Positions 30,010 to 39,041 of a stretch of DNA of 64,000 bases are shown here, one piece after another. The stretch is from sequence record PP886230. One strand, given 5' to 3'. The notes beneath the pieces were generated by a model. The model worked only from the letters and a program-made list of their open reading frames with translations. It searched no databases and was not told where the DNA came from. Source of the stretch: Escherichia phage vB_EcoM_E9.1. Numbering within the stretch: position 1 is the stretch's first letter; each line of letters opens with the position of its first letter. The position numbers were made by a program, and so were the translations under genes.

Positions 30010-30351
30010 ATGATTTATTACACTAACATGTTTGCCTATGCTGTTGCTTGCATTTACATTGTGTACTTCTTATTCGGTGGAGTACTGTGCTTCTTTAAGT
30101 ACAAAACGTTGTTCAACCGAATGTACCCAAATCATCCAATTGTGGTTGTACTTTTGATTCTTTCAGTTTCTCAAATAATAGTTGAAACTACAATGGGTAT
30201 CAGTAGTGTACATTATAGTTTTGGTACTATAGTAATTATTACTATGCTTATTGCATACATTTTAGTACTTGGATATGGTATCTTTGGTAATATTGGTATG
30301 AAAATGTATCATCGAATTAAAACATTACGTGATAATCTACCGGAGCGTTGA
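30010..30351 (+). CDS. family-B small multi-pass membrane protein
   Basis: ORF ~113 aa (ATG 30010; track used TTG 30004); FFKYKTLFNRMYPN; tail RDNLPER. Confidence 0.65.
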   Translation: MIYYTNMFAYAVACIYIVYFLFGGVLCFFKYKTLFNRMYPNHPIVVVLLILSVSQIIVETTMGISSVHYSFGTIVIITMLIAYILVLGYGIFGNIGMKMYHRIKTLRDNLPER

Positions 30352-30352
30352 T

Positions 30353-30697
30353 ATGTATAATTTGAACCTAATCTCATATATTATAACAACACTGTTTACA
30401 TTCTATGCCTTTGTTGGTATAATCCTACTGTACTTTAAATTTTATAAAGTGTTTAACCGTTTCTATCCTTCAATGGAGAATGAGTTTTTCTTTGTGTTGT
30501 ACGTAGGTTACACATTAATGGCTACATGTTTCACTGTAGCCGATGGTGTCATCGGCATTAAAACTGATTCCCCAAATGGTAGTACGCTGGTTGCATTTAT
30601 TCTTACTGGATTCCTTGCAACTTATATTGCCTTCATTACAACATGGTCAGTGGTTGAATTTCTCTTGCGACTACGAAAGAATATGCCGAATCGATAG
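30353..30697 (+). CDS. family-B small multi-pass membrane protein
   Basis: ORF ~114 aa from ATG 30353 (TGATATG junction); YFKFYKVFNRFYPS; tail RKNMPNR. Confidence 0.65.
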   Translation: MYNLNLISYIITTLFTFYAFVGIILLYFKFYKVFNRFYPSMENEFFFVLYVGYTLMATCFTVADGVIGIKTDSPNGSTLVAFILTGFLATYIAFITTWSVVEFLLRLRKNMPNR

Positions 30698-30706
30698 GAG
30701 ACATAT

Positions 30707-30961
30707 ATGTTTGCGTTGCGTAATAAAAACACTAAAGAATTATTATGTATTGATACCGTATGGGATTGTGCGGGGTCAACTACAGTTCTTGAAGAAGGAA
30801 CTGGATATTGCGTGTTTGTTGTACATGATAGGAATGAACTCGAATTATTACTTGCTGAGTTCAATGCTGGTGGTAATCCTAACAGTACTGAATACCCTGA
30901 GATTATCAATCCAGCACCACCAGGCTCTTATGAAATTCTACAACTGTGGGAGTTGAAGTAA
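30707..30961 (+). CDS. hypothetical protein
   Basis: ORF 84 aa. Confidence 0.55.
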   Translation: MFALRNKNTKELLCIDTVWDCAGSTTVLEEGTGYCVFVVHDRNELELLLAEFNAGGNPNSTEYPEIINPAPPGSYEILQLWELK

Positions 30962-31341
30962 TGCGTCAAATGCACAAAGTAACCGAGCTAAACAAGCGTC
31001 TGGTTAAACAATCAATGTTCGAGGATAAAGAGTCTTATTATAACTTTAAACGTGCTGTAGAGGCTGCTATCCACATTCAGAAGCTTAAAGAACGTGGTTG
31101 TATTATTCTGGAAAATGGGTCGGAAGTTGTAACGGATGACTTTAGTGTAGCGTTTGATGTTTCACCTGACGGGACGCTATCAATGCCCCGCTTAGGAACT
31201 GGAAACATGACTGTTTGGGTTGGCTTCACTATGGGGAATGTACCTGGTACTGTGTACGTAGATGATGCGGAATTGAAAGACAGTTTCAAAAACTTATCTT
31301 ATCTTGAACCACAATACGCACATGAAATGAATTTATTTTGA
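30961..31341 (+). CDS. hypothetical protein
   Basis: ORF ~126 aa; TAATG stop-start overlap. Confidence 0.55.
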   Translation: MRQMHKVTELNKRLVKQSMFEDKESYYNFKRAVEAAIHIQKLKERGCIILENGSEVVTDDFSVAFDVSPDGTLSMPRLGTGNMTVWVGFTMGNVPGTVYVDDAELKDSFKNLSYLEPQYAHEMNLF

Positions 31342-31342
31342 G

Positions 31343-31370
31343 TTGACAAACACATTCAGTACTGTATAAT
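31343..31370 (+). promoter_or_regulatory. sigma70-type promoter with ATTCAGTACTG in spacer
   Basis: TTGACA, 16-nt spacer ending in ATTCAGTACTG, TATAAT; leader hairpin GGGATGA..TCATCCC follows. Confidence 0.65.
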
Positions 31371-31417
31371 GCTTATCAAGGGGATGAACTTCTCATCCCT
31401 ACAATCGAGGAACTACC

Positions 31418-31972
31418 ATGATTACTTTTAAGAAAACTGCTAACCACATCCATGAAATCTACATTAACGGTCACAAAGCTGGCCTTCTTCGTTTACTCGC
31501 CCATCATCCTGATGTTACCGTATCTGATAATGAACCTAAAGATTGGCGTGTATTTTTCTTTGGAAAGTACAGTGATTTTCAAGTATCAAACCTGAAGAAC
31601 ATTCGTTCAGTATGCACGTTAACTGAAATTAAAGAAAAGTTAGAAAAAGCATTGAAAACTAATCCAGATGGTGTTCTTCCACCTGATAACTTTGTAGAGA
31701 AAGGTTATGCATTAGCTCATTTCAAAGATGGTACTATTCAATCTATCAGTACTGAATATGAATATCAATGGACTGAGTACTTCACTTATGGATCGCGTAA
31801 TACATTGATGGCTTCACGTAGTAAATTGGAAGAAGTACTGACTCGTATGAATGAACGCGAGCGTCAATTTTATGACAAACCAGAAATGTGGAGTTCAACT
31901 TACATTGACCGTATTGACTATGTTATTATGACTCCAATCTTTGACACTGCTTACTATGATTCTTTGAAATAA
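31418..31972 (+). CDS. hypothetical protein
   Basis: ORF 184 aa. Confidence 0.6.
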   Translation: MITFKKTANHIHEIYINGHKAGLLRLLAHHPDVTVSDNEPKDWRVFFFGKYSDFQVSNLKNIRSVCTLTEIKEKLEKALKTNPDGVLPPDNFVEKGYALAHFKDGTIQSISTEYEYQWTEYFTYGSRNTLMASRSKLEEVLTRMNERERQFYDKPEMWSSTYIDRIDYVIMTPIFDTAYYDSLK

Positions 31973-31983
31973 GGATAACTTAT

Positions 31984-32160
31984 ATGAAACTACGTACTCG
32001 TAATCGACTGATGGATGCACTGTACCATGAACAGCTTTCACTGAATGAAGTGAAGCGTCAGTTAATGTACACATATCTGTTACCCGCTCGCATTGCAAAA
32101 CAACGTGCTAAAGAATTGCTGAAAGAAGCAATCGAGTACTGGGAATCTGATTCGTACTAA
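31984..32160 (+). CDS. hypothetical small protein (58 aa)
   Basis: MKLRTRNRLMDALYHEQLSLNEVKRQLMYTYLLPARIAKQRAKELLKEAIEYWESDSY; fills the gap between flanking genes; below the ORF-track cut-off. Confidence 0.45.
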   Translation: MKLRTRNRLMDALYHEQLSLNEVKRQLMYTYLLPARIAKQRAKELLKEAIEYWESDSY

Positions 32161-32164
32161 TATT

Positions 32165-32536
32165 ATGAATATAGATTTGAAAGGTGCAACACGAACTGTT
32201 ATCCTTATTGGGGATTATGCTATCAAGATTCCAACCTTCAAAAGCTGGAAGTTATTCTTGACAGGAATGATAGCTAACCTCAATGAACGTTCGTGGATGC
32301 AGTACTCCAATCGTAGTGATAGTAGTATCTGTCCTACGTTGTGGTCATCATGTACTGGACTAGTAACTGTACAGAAACGTTGTAAGCCAGTGCAACATAG
32401 GGGTTTATTTTGGGTGGAGTTGTGTGCTTTAGCATTGAATTCAGAGTTAAGTACTGACTTCTTCTATTCAGATGCGAAGCCAGAAAACTTTGGGTATCTG
32501 TGTGGTAAGTTGGTTAAACTTGATTATGGAGATTAA
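32165..32536 (+). CDS. hypothetical protein
   Basis: ORF 123 aa. Confidence 0.55.
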   Translation: MNIDLKGATRTVILIGDYAIKIPTFKSWKLFLTGMIANLNERSWMQYSNRSDSSICPTLWSSCTGLVTVQKRCKPVQHRGLFWVELCALALNSELSTDFFYSDAKPENFGYLCGKLVKLDYGD

Positions 32537-32537
32537 T

Positions 32538-32807
32538 ATGTACGCACTGTATAATAAAGAAAAGAAACGATTTGCTAAGGTTGAAATTTCGATTGATACA
32601 TTTGACATGTTGGAGTACTGTATTGTAACGGACCTATATGCTAACTTGTATTACGTTCTTGATGACGTATCAGTACTGCAACGATTGCTTGAGAATTCCA
32701 AAAGCCAATGCCAGGGCATCTATGATGGTTCATCTTATGAAACACCTGAGTGTTCCTACGGCTATCTGGACGGGTATGAGATTGTGAAGTTGGGGATTGT
32801 TGAATAA
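32538..32807 (+). CDS. hypothetical protein
   Basis: ORF ~89 aa; ATG 32538 one nt after previous stop. Confidence 0.5.
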   Translation: MYALYNKEKKRFAKVEISIDTFDMLEYCIVTDLYANLYYVLDDVSVLQRLLENSKSQCQGIYDGSSYETPECSYGYLDGYEIVKLGIVE

Positions 32808-32900
32808 ATGGATTAAACAATGAAGAAGTGTATGATTCTTTGTTCTAATCACCATCGCATGGTACATTCTGGTAGACTATGTTTGATTGAAAGAAAAAAA

Positions 32901-32933
32901 GGGTTGACTTCAGTCGGCCCTTTTTGCTATAAT
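32901..32933 (+). promoter_or_regulatory. fused terminator-promoter module
   Basis: Hairpin GGGTTGAC-TTCA-GTCGGCCC (two G-U pairs) plus T5, TTGACT -35, 18-nt spacer, TATAAT; conserved leader CATTTCATCGAAACGAGAGG before the ATG. Confidence 0.65.
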
Positions 32934-32961
32934 CATTTCATCGAAACGAGAGGATGAATAC

Positions 32962-33477
32962 ATGACACGCATTAACTTAGTACACGTTAAAGAACTTGCT
33001 GACCAACATCTGATGGCTGAATATCGTGAACTCCCACGTGTATTTGGTGCTGTACAAAAACACGTTCAAGCACGTAAGCGTGTACGTGATTTCAAAATTA
33101 ACAGTACTTATCTGTTAGGTTCAGGTCATGTAACATTTTTCTACGACAAGTTACTGTACTTACAGAAGCGTCATATTGATATTGTCAACGAATGTCTGCG
33201 TCGTGGTATGAAGATTCAAAACACTGAAGTAAACGACATTAGCGGCTTCCCTGCTGAGTTTTGTAATGACTATGTACCATCGGAGTCAGAGATTAAAATG
33301 TCTCGTGATCGTTTGATTGAGAAGCTCCAGATGAAGCCTACGTGGTATAAGTTTACTGATGTTGAATGTCCACAGTACGTTAAAGATATGCAGAACGTAA
33401 GTAGTAAGAACGAATCTAGTACTGATATGTTCGACGAAATTGAAGAACAAATCAAAGATGAAATGAATAATTATTAA
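32962..33477 (+). CDS. denV: pyrimidine-dimer DNA glycosylase / AP lyase (T4 endonuclease V family)
   Basis: ORF 171 aa; N-terminal ~135 aa nearly collinear with T4 endonuclease V as recalled ([50 protein letters not shown]); carries a ~35-aa acidic C-terminal extension. Confidence 0.85.
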   Translation: MTRINLVHVKELADQHLMAEYRELPRVFGAVQKHVQARKRVRDFKINSTYLLGSGHVTFFYDKLLYLQKRHIDIVNECLRRGMKIQNTEVNDISGFPAEFCNDYVPSESEIKMSRDRLIEKLQMKPTWYKFTDVECPQYVKDMQNVSSKNESSTDMFDEIEEQIKDEMNNY

Positions 33478-33515
33478 AGGAAAGGATTGACTTCGGTTAC
33501 ACAAAGGAACATAAC

Positions 33516-33710
33516 ATGTTATTAGTATATTCAAAGCGTTTCTGGATTTCTTTTATTGTACTATCGCTAATCGGCTTCGGTTTGAGTATACTCTTTTCGT
33601 GGGATGAATTGGGTACATGGTATTATGAAGTACCGTGGTACATGAAGATAGCTCCTTGTTATGCGGCATTGTTCGTGTCATTCCTTATTGTTGTCTTCAG
33701 CGAGGATTAG
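33516..33710 (+). CDS. small membrane protein
   Basis: ORF 64 aa; two hydrophobic helices. Confidence 0.5.
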   Translation: MLLVYSKRFWISFIVLSLIGFGLSILFSWDELGTWYYEVPWYMKIAPCYAALFVSFLIVVFSED

Positions 33711-33761
33711 TTGATGTAGTATGTGCTACACCAAAGTATTTGGATATTTGAGATATAAACA

Positions 33762-33790
33762 TTGACACCTGTTCTATCTTTCTGTATTAT
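33762..33790 (+). promoter_or_regulatory. sigma70-type promoter
   Basis: TTGACA, 17-nt spacer, TG-extended TATTAT. Confidence 0.55.
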
Positions 33791-33816
33791 GTACATCACC
33801 AAATGAGGAATACAAC

Positions 33817-34176
33817 ATGGCATCTTTAAGTGAAATCGCGGAATACAACCCACTAACAATCTCAACAATTCAACGTACAAAAACTTTTTATTTCCGTCCT
33901 GCTGATGGATGGAAACGTGGAATGAATGGTGACTATCGAGTACTGGAAGATTCGCTCATCGAGCGTATCAACTCTGAACTACAGAAGTATGAAGGTGTTA
34001 AAGTTGTGCGTTCAACTTCTCGTTATTTTGAGTACTACATTGAGTCTTCAACTGTAAATGAAAACTCATCATTCTCGGTGGACAACACTGATATTCTTCG
34101 TAATGCAGTTGGTCTGTTATGCAACATTGCAGAAGAAATGGGCTTAACTATTACTACTATGAGTGAATTAGAATAA
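33817..34176 (+). CDS. hypothetical protein
   Basis: ORF 119 aa. Confidence 0.6.
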   Translation: MASLSEIAEYNPLTISTIQRTKTFYFRPADGWKRGMNGDYRVLEDSLIERINSELQKYEGVKVVRSTSRYFEYYIESSTVNENSSFSVDNTDILRNAVGLLCNIAEEMGLTITTMSELE

Positions 34177-34182
34177 CATAAA

Positions 34183-34215
34183 GGGTTGACTTCGGTCAGC
34201 CCTTTTTGCTATAAT
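34183..34215 (+). promoter_or_regulatory. fused terminator-promoter module
   Basis: Hairpin GGGTTGAC-TTCG-GTCAGCCC plus T5, TTGACT -35, 18-nt spacer, TATAAT; same conserved leader ATCGAAACGAGAGG as at 32940. Confidence 0.7.
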
Positions 34216-34241
34216 TATTTTATCGAAACGAGAGGTAATAC

Positions 34242-34481
34242 ATGAAACTATCTTTTATACGTTTAGCAGAATTCTTCGGTACTGATATTATTACTTTACA
34301 ACAAATTGCAGACAATACTTCATTAAGTACACAAGAAGTACTTGACTTAGATGTAATTCAGTGCGATAATACTTCCATTGATTTCAAAGAAGGTCTTGTC
34401 GAAAAAGATAAGATTCAAGCTAAGATTAATGGTGCTGGACGGGTTCAGTACTGGAAAGGAGTTTTAAGTAATGCCAGCTAA
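34242..34481 (+). CDS. hypothetical protein
   Basis: ORF 79 aa. Confidence 0.55.
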   Translation: MKLSFIRLAEFFGTDIITLQQIADNTSLSTQEVLDLDVIQCDNTSIDFKEGLVEKDKIQAKINGAGRVQYWKGVLSNAS

Positions 34482-35820
34482 ATTAACCCCTAAACAAGCA
34501 AAAGAAAAATTCAACAATAAAGTATTAGAACATAACGTTCCAATTGAAGCTGATTATAGTAAGTATGAAAATGCCAAATTAAAAAACATCCAAGTAGTTT
34601 GCAATGATGTATTAAAACACAAATCAGGCATATCACAAGTATATCTTATGGATCACGCAAACCTCACACACCCATCTAAAAAATTTGGTTGTCCTGAATG
34701 TGAAGACTGGTATAATGGTCATGCTAAAAGTTTAGATATTTTAATTGTTAGGGAAAGAATTAATTCTTGGATTAGTACTTATGGTGGCATAATTGATACA
34801 GTTAGTGGTGAAGTTGAAGTTTATAAAAATAATTCAACAAAAATACCATATATTTGTAAAAATGGAACTAAAAAAACGCTTACTATTTCTACACTGGGTG
34901 ATGAAATCGGTTGTAATTGTTCTAAATGTAAATCTGAATTAATATCAGAAATCGAAGATAACAATGAATATACATCCATGACTACTGATGATGATTGTGT
35001 TACAATTTCCCATTTTATATTTGGGGATGATGTTGCATTCTCGTGGATTTCACCATTGGAAATGAAAAAACATGGTTACGGTCTTGCCGAAAAAATGAAA
35101 GAAAAAGCATTGTCGGTTGGTAAAAATATTATTGGATATGCAATATCATCTCTTAGTGAATGGAAAAATGAAAAAACTCCTGTAATAACGGAACACGAAG
35201 GAGTATTATATCGTATTTCCAGAGCATCATATTTGATCAATAATAATATAGTACATAGACCACATTATACAAAAAATAATTTTTTATATTATTTTTACAA
35301 ATGTTCACCTAACAATCAACTTATTACACCAATCCTAATACCTGATGATGTTGGTACAAAAAAGAAAATTAAAGTATGTTATAAATCATGTGGGTGTGAA
35401 TACGATATATCTGTGGACGTTATAATGAACAGAAATTTAAAAACTTGTGGAAACTGTAAAAATATAGATACTAAAACATTTATAGAAAAGTGCTTGGAGT
35501 TCAAATCAAGTGGAGAATATATCTATAATAGAGTAAACTATATAAATCAAAGTACACCTGTAACTATAGTTCATAAAATTTACGGAGAATTCAAAAGTAC
35601 ACCACAAAATCACTTAACACATTTAAAAAACAGTTTGAAATATGATACAGCTAACTTTAAAATAAAAAATCTAACTCAATTTAAAATTAAAGCAAATGAA
35701 GTTCATAATAACTTATATAATTATGATAAAGTTGATTATGTAAATTCTTCAACGAATTTAAAATTAAAGCAAATGAAGTTCATAATAACTTATATAATTA
35801 TGATAAAGTTGATTATGTAA
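34471..35820 (+). CDS. cysteine-rich repeat protein, C-terminus disrupted by a 77-bp tandem duplication
   Basis: ORF 449 aa with CxxC pairs (CPECEDW, CNCSKCK, CGNCKN) and repeated ~40-aa units (Y..V.Y.N..T...I.H..YG.F...P..HL); the last 21 codons are read out of frame through the second DNA repeat copy. Confidence 0.5.
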   Translation: MPAKLTPKQAKEKFNNKVLEHNVPIEADYSKYENAKLKNIQVVCNDVLKHKSGISQVYLMDHANLTHPSKKFGCPECEDWYNGHAKSLDILIVRERINSWISTYGGIIDTVSGEVEVYKNNSTKIPYICKNGTKKTLTISTLGDEIGCNCSKCKSELISEIEDNNEYTSMTTDDDCVTISHFIFGDDVAFSWISPLEMKKHGYGLAEKMKEKALSVGKNIIGYAISSLSEWKNEKTPVITEHEGVLYRISRASYLINNNIVHRPHYTKNNFLYYFYKCSPNNQLITPILIPDDVGTKKKIKVCYKSCGCEYDISVDVIMNRNLKTCGNCKNIDTKTFIEKCLEFKSSGEYIYNRVNYINQSTPVTIVHKIYGEFKSTPQNHLTHLKNSLKYDTANFKIKNLTQFKIKANEVHNNLYNYDKVDYVNSSTNLKLKQMKFIITYIIMIKLIM

Positions 35821-36068
35821 ATTCTTCAACGAAAGTATTAATAACTCATCCAGTGTATGGAGACTTTTGGCAAACTCCAAATGGGCATTTGGCAGGTAAA
35901 GGACACCCGAAAGTCAAAGGTGGTGTTCCTTATACATGTGATGAATTTAAAATTAAAGCAAATGAAGTTCATAATAACTTATATAATTATGATAAAGTTG
36001 ATTATGTAAATTCTTCAACGAAAGTATTAATAACTCATCCAGTGTATGGAGACTTTTGGCAAACTCCA
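35680..36068 (+). repeat. tandem DNA duplication inside the repeat-protein locus
   Basis: 77-bp unit TTTAAAATTAAAGCAAATGAAGTTCATAATAACTTATATAATTATGATAAAGTTGATTATGTAAATTCTTCAACGAA at 35680-35756, repeated and extended at 35757-35879 and again at 35946-36068; copies identical by eye. Confidence 0.8.
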
Positions 36069-36434
36069 GCAAGTCACCTTTGTGGGTCTGGTCATCCACT
36101 TGCGGCTGGTCATTCTCAGCAATATGCATATATTCATAATATTTTGGATGGTGATTTATCTGTAGCATTGAAATATGGTATTGAAAAGCAGAAAGGTAAG
36201 AGGGTTATGCAGCAAAATAAAAAATCATTATTTAAAATTGAATCGTTACATACGTATTTTTTCACATCTGTGTTTGAGTGTAAGGAAGCTGAAAAAGAAT
36301 GTAAAAAACTATTTGGTAAAGGCGTTTTAACTAAACAAGAAATGCCAGATGGTTATACTGAAACTACTACACCAAACAACATAGATAAAATTATTGCAAT
36401 CTATGAAAAATGGGGTGGGGTGAAAAAAAACTAA
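35853..36434 (+). CDS. repeat protein (continuation or second copy of the 34471 locus)
   Basis: ORF 193 aa containing two copies of FKIKANEVHNNLYNYDKVDYVNSSTKVLITHPVYGDFWQTP.HL.G.GHP. Confidence 0.5.
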   Translation: MYGDFWQTPNGHLAGKGHPKVKGGVPYTCDEFKIKANEVHNNLYNYDKVDYVNSSTKVLITHPVYGDFWQTPASHLCGSGHPLAAGHSQQYAYIHNILDGDLSVALKYGIEKQKGKRVMQQNKKSLFKIESLHTYFFTSVFECKEAEKECKKLFGKGVLTKQEMPDGYTETTTPNNIDKIIAIYEKWGGVKKN

Positions 36435-36440
36435 ACAAAA

Positions 36441-36473
36441 GGGTTGACTTCGGTCAGCCCTTTTTGCTATAAT
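36441..36473 (+). promoter_or_regulatory. fused terminator-promoter module
   Basis: Hairpin GGGTTGAC-TTCG-GTCAGCCC plus T5, TTGACT -35, 18-nt spacer, TATAAT. Confidence 0.7.
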
Positions 36474-36501
36474 TATTTCATCAACTGATGAGGATAACGA
36501 A

Positions 36502-37272
36502 ATGACCAGAGAAGCACGTAGCATTCAAATCCAGAAAAACTTCAACTCCATGATGGTTGCTCTTGAGTGTTTGCTCGACGATAGCAGTACTGTAAAAAGT
36601 ATGGTTGTCAGTGGTGCTCCTGGTGTTGGTAAGACTTACACCCTGTCTAAACGCCTCCAGAAAGCTCATGACGCAGCAGAATGGAACGTAGCTACCATCA
36701 GTGGTAAAATGACTACTCTGGCTCTGTACGAAGTTCTGTACAAGAATCGTCACAGCACTAACGTATTAGTACTGGATGATATGGACAGCATCTTTGATTC
36801 AGAAGACGGTATGAACCTGCTCAAAGCAGTACTGGACAGTGGTAAACGTACTGTGTCTTACATGACTAGCTCTAAGTACTTAACCACTAACGGTATCCCT
36901 AACAGCTTTGATTTTAACGGTCGTATCGTATTCATCACTAACAAAGATTTAGCATTAGATGCTAAAGCTAAAACGAAAATGTCTGCTCACTATGCTGCTC
37001 TTATGTCTCGTTCTGTATACGTTGACTTACAGATTCAGACCAAAAGCGATATCATGATTCACATTGAGAACGTGATGAATCAGACTAACATTTTAGAATC
37101 TAAGGGTATTAACCGTAATGGTAGTAAAGCAATTCTGAACTGGATGTTGAAGCACGAAGATTCTCTTCGTTCACCTTCACTGCGTATGCCACTGTTGATT
37201 TCGGCAGTATATAACAACAACCCATACGATTGGGAAGAGCAGTGCGAAAACTTGTTCCTTGAGAAAATTTAA
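36502..37272 (+). CDS. P-loop NTPase (Walker A/B)
   Basis: ORF 256 aa; Walker A GAPGVGKT near residue 38, Walker-B-like VLVLDD near residue 90. Confidence 0.6.
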   Translation: MTREARSIQIQKNFNSMMVALECLLDDSSTVKSMVVSGAPGVGKTYTLSKRLQKAHDAAEWNVATISGKMTTLALYEVLYKNRHSTNVLVLDDMDSIFDSEDGMNLLKAVLDSGKRTVSYMTSSKYLTTNGIPNSFDFNGRIVFITNKDLALDAKAKTKMSAHYAALMSRSVYVDLQIQTKSDIMIHIENVMNQTNILESKGINRNGSKAILNWMLKHEDSLRSPSLRMPLLISAVYNNNPYDWEEQCENLFLEKI

Positions 37273-37279
37273 TTCCATA

Positions 37280-37308
37280 TTGACAGTACTACCATAGTGT
37301 AGTACTAT
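37280..37308 (+). promoter_or_regulatory. sigma70-type promoter (weaker -10)
   Basis: TTGACA, 17-nt spacer containing AGTACT twice, TACTAT. Confidence 0.45.
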
Positions 37309-37337
37309 AACTTAATATTCACCACCGGAGATACGAT

Positions 37338-37676
37338 ATGCTTGAGTTTTTTAATTCAGATACAATGATTAGTATTACTTTGATTTATCTGTTTGGTTTT
37401 TTCTTTTATCATGCACTGGTTGTAGTACTGTGGTATTTTAAAAAGAAAATTGTTTTTAAACTGTATCCAGTAAGGAATTCATCACTAGTTCTTTACACAC
37501 TAGTTCAAGGTTTGTTTGCAATTGTTGGTCTTATGGCACACTTAATTTATTGTGCTAATCCTCATTTGAACTCAATCTCACAATATATTGTATTCTTTGG
37601 GTTGTTCATTTGGTTAGTTGTATACTTAATCCATCTCATTATTCATGGTAGAGATAAAATTCGCGGAGACTTCTAA
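37338..37676 (+). CDS. family-B small multi-pass membrane protein
   Basis: ORF 112 aa; WYFKKKIVFKLYP after helix 1. Confidence 0.65.
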   Translation: MLEFFNSDTMISITLIYLFGFFFYHALVVVLWYFKKKIVFKLYPVRNSSLVLYTLVQGLFAIVGLMAHLIYCANPHLNSISQYIVFFGLFIWLVVYLIHLIIHGRDKIRGDF

Positions 37677-38023
37677 TGTTTGAAGCTTATCTTGAGTTTT
37701 TAAGGAGTAGTCCAGTTGCACATTCACTTGCAGGGATTATTCTAACAACTTATGTATCATTTTGGGTAGTTATGTTTCTAGGATGGTATTTTAAACGACA
37801 ATTCTATAAACGTAATGGTGAAGATTTTATAAATTCTGCCATTAATCAATCGTTGTTTGCATCAACATTGATTGCATGTATTGTAGCAACACTCACAGGA
37901 AAGGTACTACCAGCTTTTTCCGCAGTTTACGGCACACTTGGGATGATATGTTTAACTTTTATATTGACCATTAAAATTTGTTGTGTTATGATTGAACTTC
38001 GAAATAAGATACCGGAGGAATGA
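37676..38023 (+). CDS. family-B small multi-pass membrane protein
   Basis: ORF 115 aa; WYFKRQFYKRN; tail RNKIPEE. Confidence 0.65.
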   Translation: MFEAYLEFLRSSPVAHSLAGIILTTYVSFWVVMFLGWYFKRQFYKRNGEDFINSAINQSLFASTLIACIVATLTGKVLPAFSAVYGTLGMICLTFILTIKICCVMIELRNKIPEE

Positions 38024-38358
38024 TGGAGTACTTTATTGATTTACTGCCGTGGTATATGAAAGTTAGTACCATGTACTATATTATTAGTGCTGGATTCTAC
38101 TTTCTGATGTGGTTCTTTAAACGACCAATTTCAGTATTCATCGCTGATAACATGCTGCAATTAAAATTACACGCATGGTTTGGTATGGCGATGATTATGC
38201 CTATTATTCACTACTCAATGATTAGTAGAGGTTTCCGTTCTAATGGTGAACCAATTGTATTAGTATTCTATTGGGGTTCAACTATTGCATATGTAAGTTT
38301 GTTGTTGTTCCCAGTCGTTCATAAGTTACGTGCTAAAGTTCCTGATGCGAGGTACTAA
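38020..38358 (+). CDS. family-B small multi-pass membrane protein
   Basis: ORF 112 aa; WFFKRPISVF; tail RAKVPDARY. Confidence 0.65.
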   Translation: MMEYFIDLLPWYMKVSTMYYIISAGFYFLMWFFKRPISVFIADNMLQLKLHAWFGMAMIMPIIHYSMISRGFRSNGEPIVLVFYWGSTIAYVSLLLFPVVHKLRAKVPDARY

Positions 38359-38672
38359 TGGATATAGTAACATTGATTTACACGTTGTATTCATTCTATT
38401 TCATTATGTGTTGGGTTGGATTTTTATTTGTACTCAAGATGTTTGATTATGTTGAAAAACAGATAAAAGAATTTTGTATTCCTTTTATCGGTTCAACCAT
38501 TATTAGTGTTTCTTGTGTGTATTTTTTGGTTTTTGATCCACCAGATAACACTGCAATGATTGACTTGATGTTACTACCAACAACTGTTACTTTTTTATGT
38601 AGTCTGATGCCGCCGATTAGCCGTGGACTATCAGAATTTAGACGCAATCAAAAGCGTAAACGAGGGATGTAA
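38358..38672 (+). CDS. family-B small multi-pass membrane protein
   Basis: ORF 104 aa; tail RRNQKRKRGM. Confidence 0.6.
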   Translation: MDIVTLIYTLYSFYFIMCWVGFLFVLKMFDYVEKQIKEFCIPFIGSTIISVSCVYFLVFDPPDNTAMIDLMLLPTTVTFLCSLMPPISRGLSEFRRNQKRKRGM

Positions 38673-39040
38673 TGGAAATTGCTCTTATTATCTTAACTGC
38701 TATGCTGTTTATTAGTACTGTGGTTATAATTGGTAAATTCTTTTGTGTATCATTTTTAGAAACGGTATACGATGAAATTGCTGATGATTATGAATTACAA
38801 GCCGGATTTTTCATTACGTATTGGCTTAGTTTATTTTGTCTAGTCATTGCTTGGATTTTACATATCTTTAAATGGGGTATGGTAGACGGTGATCCTATTA
38901 TGGCAATTATTGTTCTAGTGTTTGGTATCCTTGGTGGTGCAGTGCATAATCTAATGGTTATCTGGCAAACTGTTCAATATGTTTTGGTTCCCTATTTCGA
39001 AAAGATGCACAGTACAATTAAAAAACGTAAACGAGGTTAG
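38672..39040 (+). CDS. family-B small multi-pass membrane protein
   Basis: ORF 122 aa; tail IKKRKRG. Confidence 0.6.
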   Translation: MEIALIILTAMLFISTVVIIGKFFCVSFLETVYDEIADDYELQAGFFITYWLSLFCLVIAWILHIFKWGMVDGDPIMAIIVLVFGILGGAVHNLMVIWQTVQYVLVPYFEKMHSTIKKRKRG

Positions 39041-39041
39041 T

